From positions 225,990,001-226,054,000 of the forward strand of contig OZ024742.1 of the NCBI GenBank assembly GCA_964016885.1: a stretch of 64,000 nt of DNA, read 5' to 3'. The translations under genes and the position numbers were made by a program. Numbering within the stretch: the stretch's first letter is position 1; each line of letters begins with the position of its first letter. The stretch is from Eledone cirrhosa (taxonomy: Eukaryota). The notes beneath the pieces were generated by a model. The model worked only from the letters and a program-made list of their open reading frames with translations. It was not told the origin of the DNA and made no database searches. Shown piece by piece: positions 61,901 through 64,000 of this stretch.

Positions 61901-64000
61901 GTGCTTTTTGGCGTGACACCTACACAACCACTTTACAGTGTGGACTGGGTGCTTTTTGTCGTGACACCTACATGACCACTTTACAGCGTGAACTGGGTGC
62001 TTTTTGTCGTGACACTTACACGACCACTTTACAGTGTGGACTGGGTGCTTTTTGTTGTGACACATACACGACCACTTTACAGTGTGACTGGGTACTTTTT
62101 GTCGTGACACCTACATGACCACTTTTCAGTGTGGACTGGGTGCTTTTTGTCGTGACACCTACACAACCACTTTACAGTGTGGACTGGGTGATTTTGTCGT
62201 CACACCTACATGACCACTTCACAGTGTGAACTGGGTGCTTTTTGTCATGACACCTACATGACCACTTTACAGTGTGGACTGGGTACTTTTTGTCGTGACA
62301 CCTACACAACCACTTTACAGTGTGGACTGGGTGCTTTTTGTCATGACACATACATGACCACTTTACAGTGTGGGCTGGGTGCTTTTTGTCATGACGCATA
62401 CATGACCACCATACAGTGTGGACTGGGTGCTTTTTGTCGTGACATCTACATGACCACTTTACAGTGTGGACTGGGTGCTTTTTCTCGTGACACCTACATG
62501 AACACTTTACAGTGTGGACTGGGTGCTTTTTGTCATGACACATACATGACCACTTTACAGTGTGGACTGGGGCTTTTTCTCATGACACATACATGACCAC
62601 TTTACAGTGTGGACTGGGTGCTTTTTGTCATGACGCATACATGACCACTATACAGTGTGGACTGAGTGCTTTTTGTCGTGACACATACATGACCACTTTA
62701 CAGTATGGCCCGGGTGCATTTTGTCGTGACACATATATGACCACTATACAGTGTGGACTCAGTGCTTTTTGTCGTGACACCTACATGACCACCTTACAGT
62801 GTGGACTGGATGCTTTTTGTCGTGACACCTACATGACCACTTTACAGTGTGTACTGGGTACTTTTTGTCTTGACACCTACATGACCACTTTACAGTGTGT
62901 ACTGGGTACTTTTTGTCATGACACCGACGTGACCGCTTTACAGTGTGGACTGGGTGCTTTTTGTCATGACACCTACACAACCACTTTACAGTGTGGACTG
63001 GATGCCTTTTGTCGTGACACATACATGACCACTTTACAGTGTGGACTGGGTGCTTTTTGTCGTGACACCTACATTACCACTTTACAGTGTGGACTGGGTG
63101 CTTTTTGTAGTGACACCTACATGACCACTTTACAGTGTGGACTAGGTGCTTTTTGTCATGACACCTACATGAGCACTTTACAGTGTGGACTGGGTCCTTT
63201 TTGTCGTGACACCTACATGACCACTTTACAGTGTGGACTGGGTGCTTTTTGGCGTGACACCTACACAACCACTTTACAGTGTGGACTGGGTGCTTTTTGT
63301 CGTGACACCTACATGACCACTTTACAGCGTGAACTGGGTGCTTTTTGTCGTGACACTTACACGACCACTTTACAGTGTGGACTGGGTGCTTTTTGTTGTG
63401 ACACATACACGACCACTTTACAGTGTGACTGGGTACTTTTTGTCGTGACACCTACATGACCACTTTTCAGTGTGGACTGGGTGCTTTTTGTCATGACACC
63501 TACATCACCACCTTACAGTGTGGACTGGATGCTTTTTGTCGTGACAGCTACATGACCAATTTACAGTGTGCACTGGGTACTTTTTGTCTTGACACCTACA
63601 TGACCACTTTACAGTGTGTACTGGGTACTTTTTGTCATGACACCGACATGACCGCTTTACAGTGTGGACTGGGTGCTTTTTATCATGACACCTACACAAC
63701 CACTTTACAGTGTGGACTGGATGCCTTTTGTCGTGACACATACATGACCACTTTACAGTGTGGACTGGGTGCTTTTTGTCGTGACACCTACATTACCACT
63801 TTACAGTGTGGACTGGGTGCTTTTTGTCGTGACACCTACATTACCACTTTACAGTGTGGACTGGGTGCTTTTTGGCGTGACACCTACACAACCACTTTAC
63901 AGTGTGGACTGGGTGCTTTTTGTCATGGCACCTACACAACCACTTCACAGTGTGGACTGGGTGCTTTTTGTCATGACGCATACATGACCACTATACAGTG
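25934..64000. repeat. 48-bp satellite array (~790 units, runs off the window) with higher-order repeats
   Basis: Consensus ACCACTTTACAGTGTGGACTGGGTGCTTTTTGTC(G/A)TGACAC(C/A)TACATG. All units are head-to-tail in one orientation. Occasional 47-bp variants. No non-satellite insertion seen. Confidence 0.99.

Noticed and set aside
25975-63987. Long ORFs (up to 692 aa) of (MTTLQCGLGAFCRDTY)n on + and (CHDKKHPVHTVKWSCR)n on -, resembling metal-binding or multiheme repeat proteins
   Set aside because: A 48-bp unit is 16 codons, so stop-free frames arise automatically. 47-bp monomers and stop variants break the frames repeatedly and are themselves amplified. The motif is CxCH, not CxxCH. The unit derives from a LINE UTR.
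25934-64000. CRISPR-like array
   Set aside because: Units are contiguous with no unique spacers, there are no cas genes, and the context is a eukaryotic intron.

Overview
AT-rich eukaryotic genomic DNA. The repeat content (RTE LINEs with (ATG)n tails, tRNA-headed SINEs, Helitrons, abundant (TA)n/(CA)n/(CAT)n) suggests an octopod cephalopod, but that is inference. The first ~24.4 kb carry eight phase-compatible GT-AG exons on the + strand (721-969, 1571-1795, 2784-2922, 5098-5263, 15077-15224, 15594-15801, 17281-17496, 24243-24412). They splice into ~507 uninterrupted codons that I recognise as the C-terminal ASH/Ig-like repeat region of the axonemal central-pair protein HYDIN. The introns are packed with transposon debris: RTE LINEs (one nearly intact with a PHD finger inside the RT region, one with a twin-priming-type 5' inversion), internally deleted Helitrons, a Penelope-like remnant with a candidate hammerhead ribozyme, MITEs and SINEs. 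From ~25,934 to the window end (>38 kb, ~790 units) lies a 48-bp satellite with nested higher-order repeats, apparently inside a HYDIN intron. The main finding is that this monomer is the short repeat in the 3' UTR of the local RTE LINE family. The window holds a graded series of 1, 2, 4-5 and ~790 copies, and the giant array is still attached to the element's 3' tail. The long Cys/Thr- and Cys/His-rich ORFs in the array are by-products of the 48-bp period.
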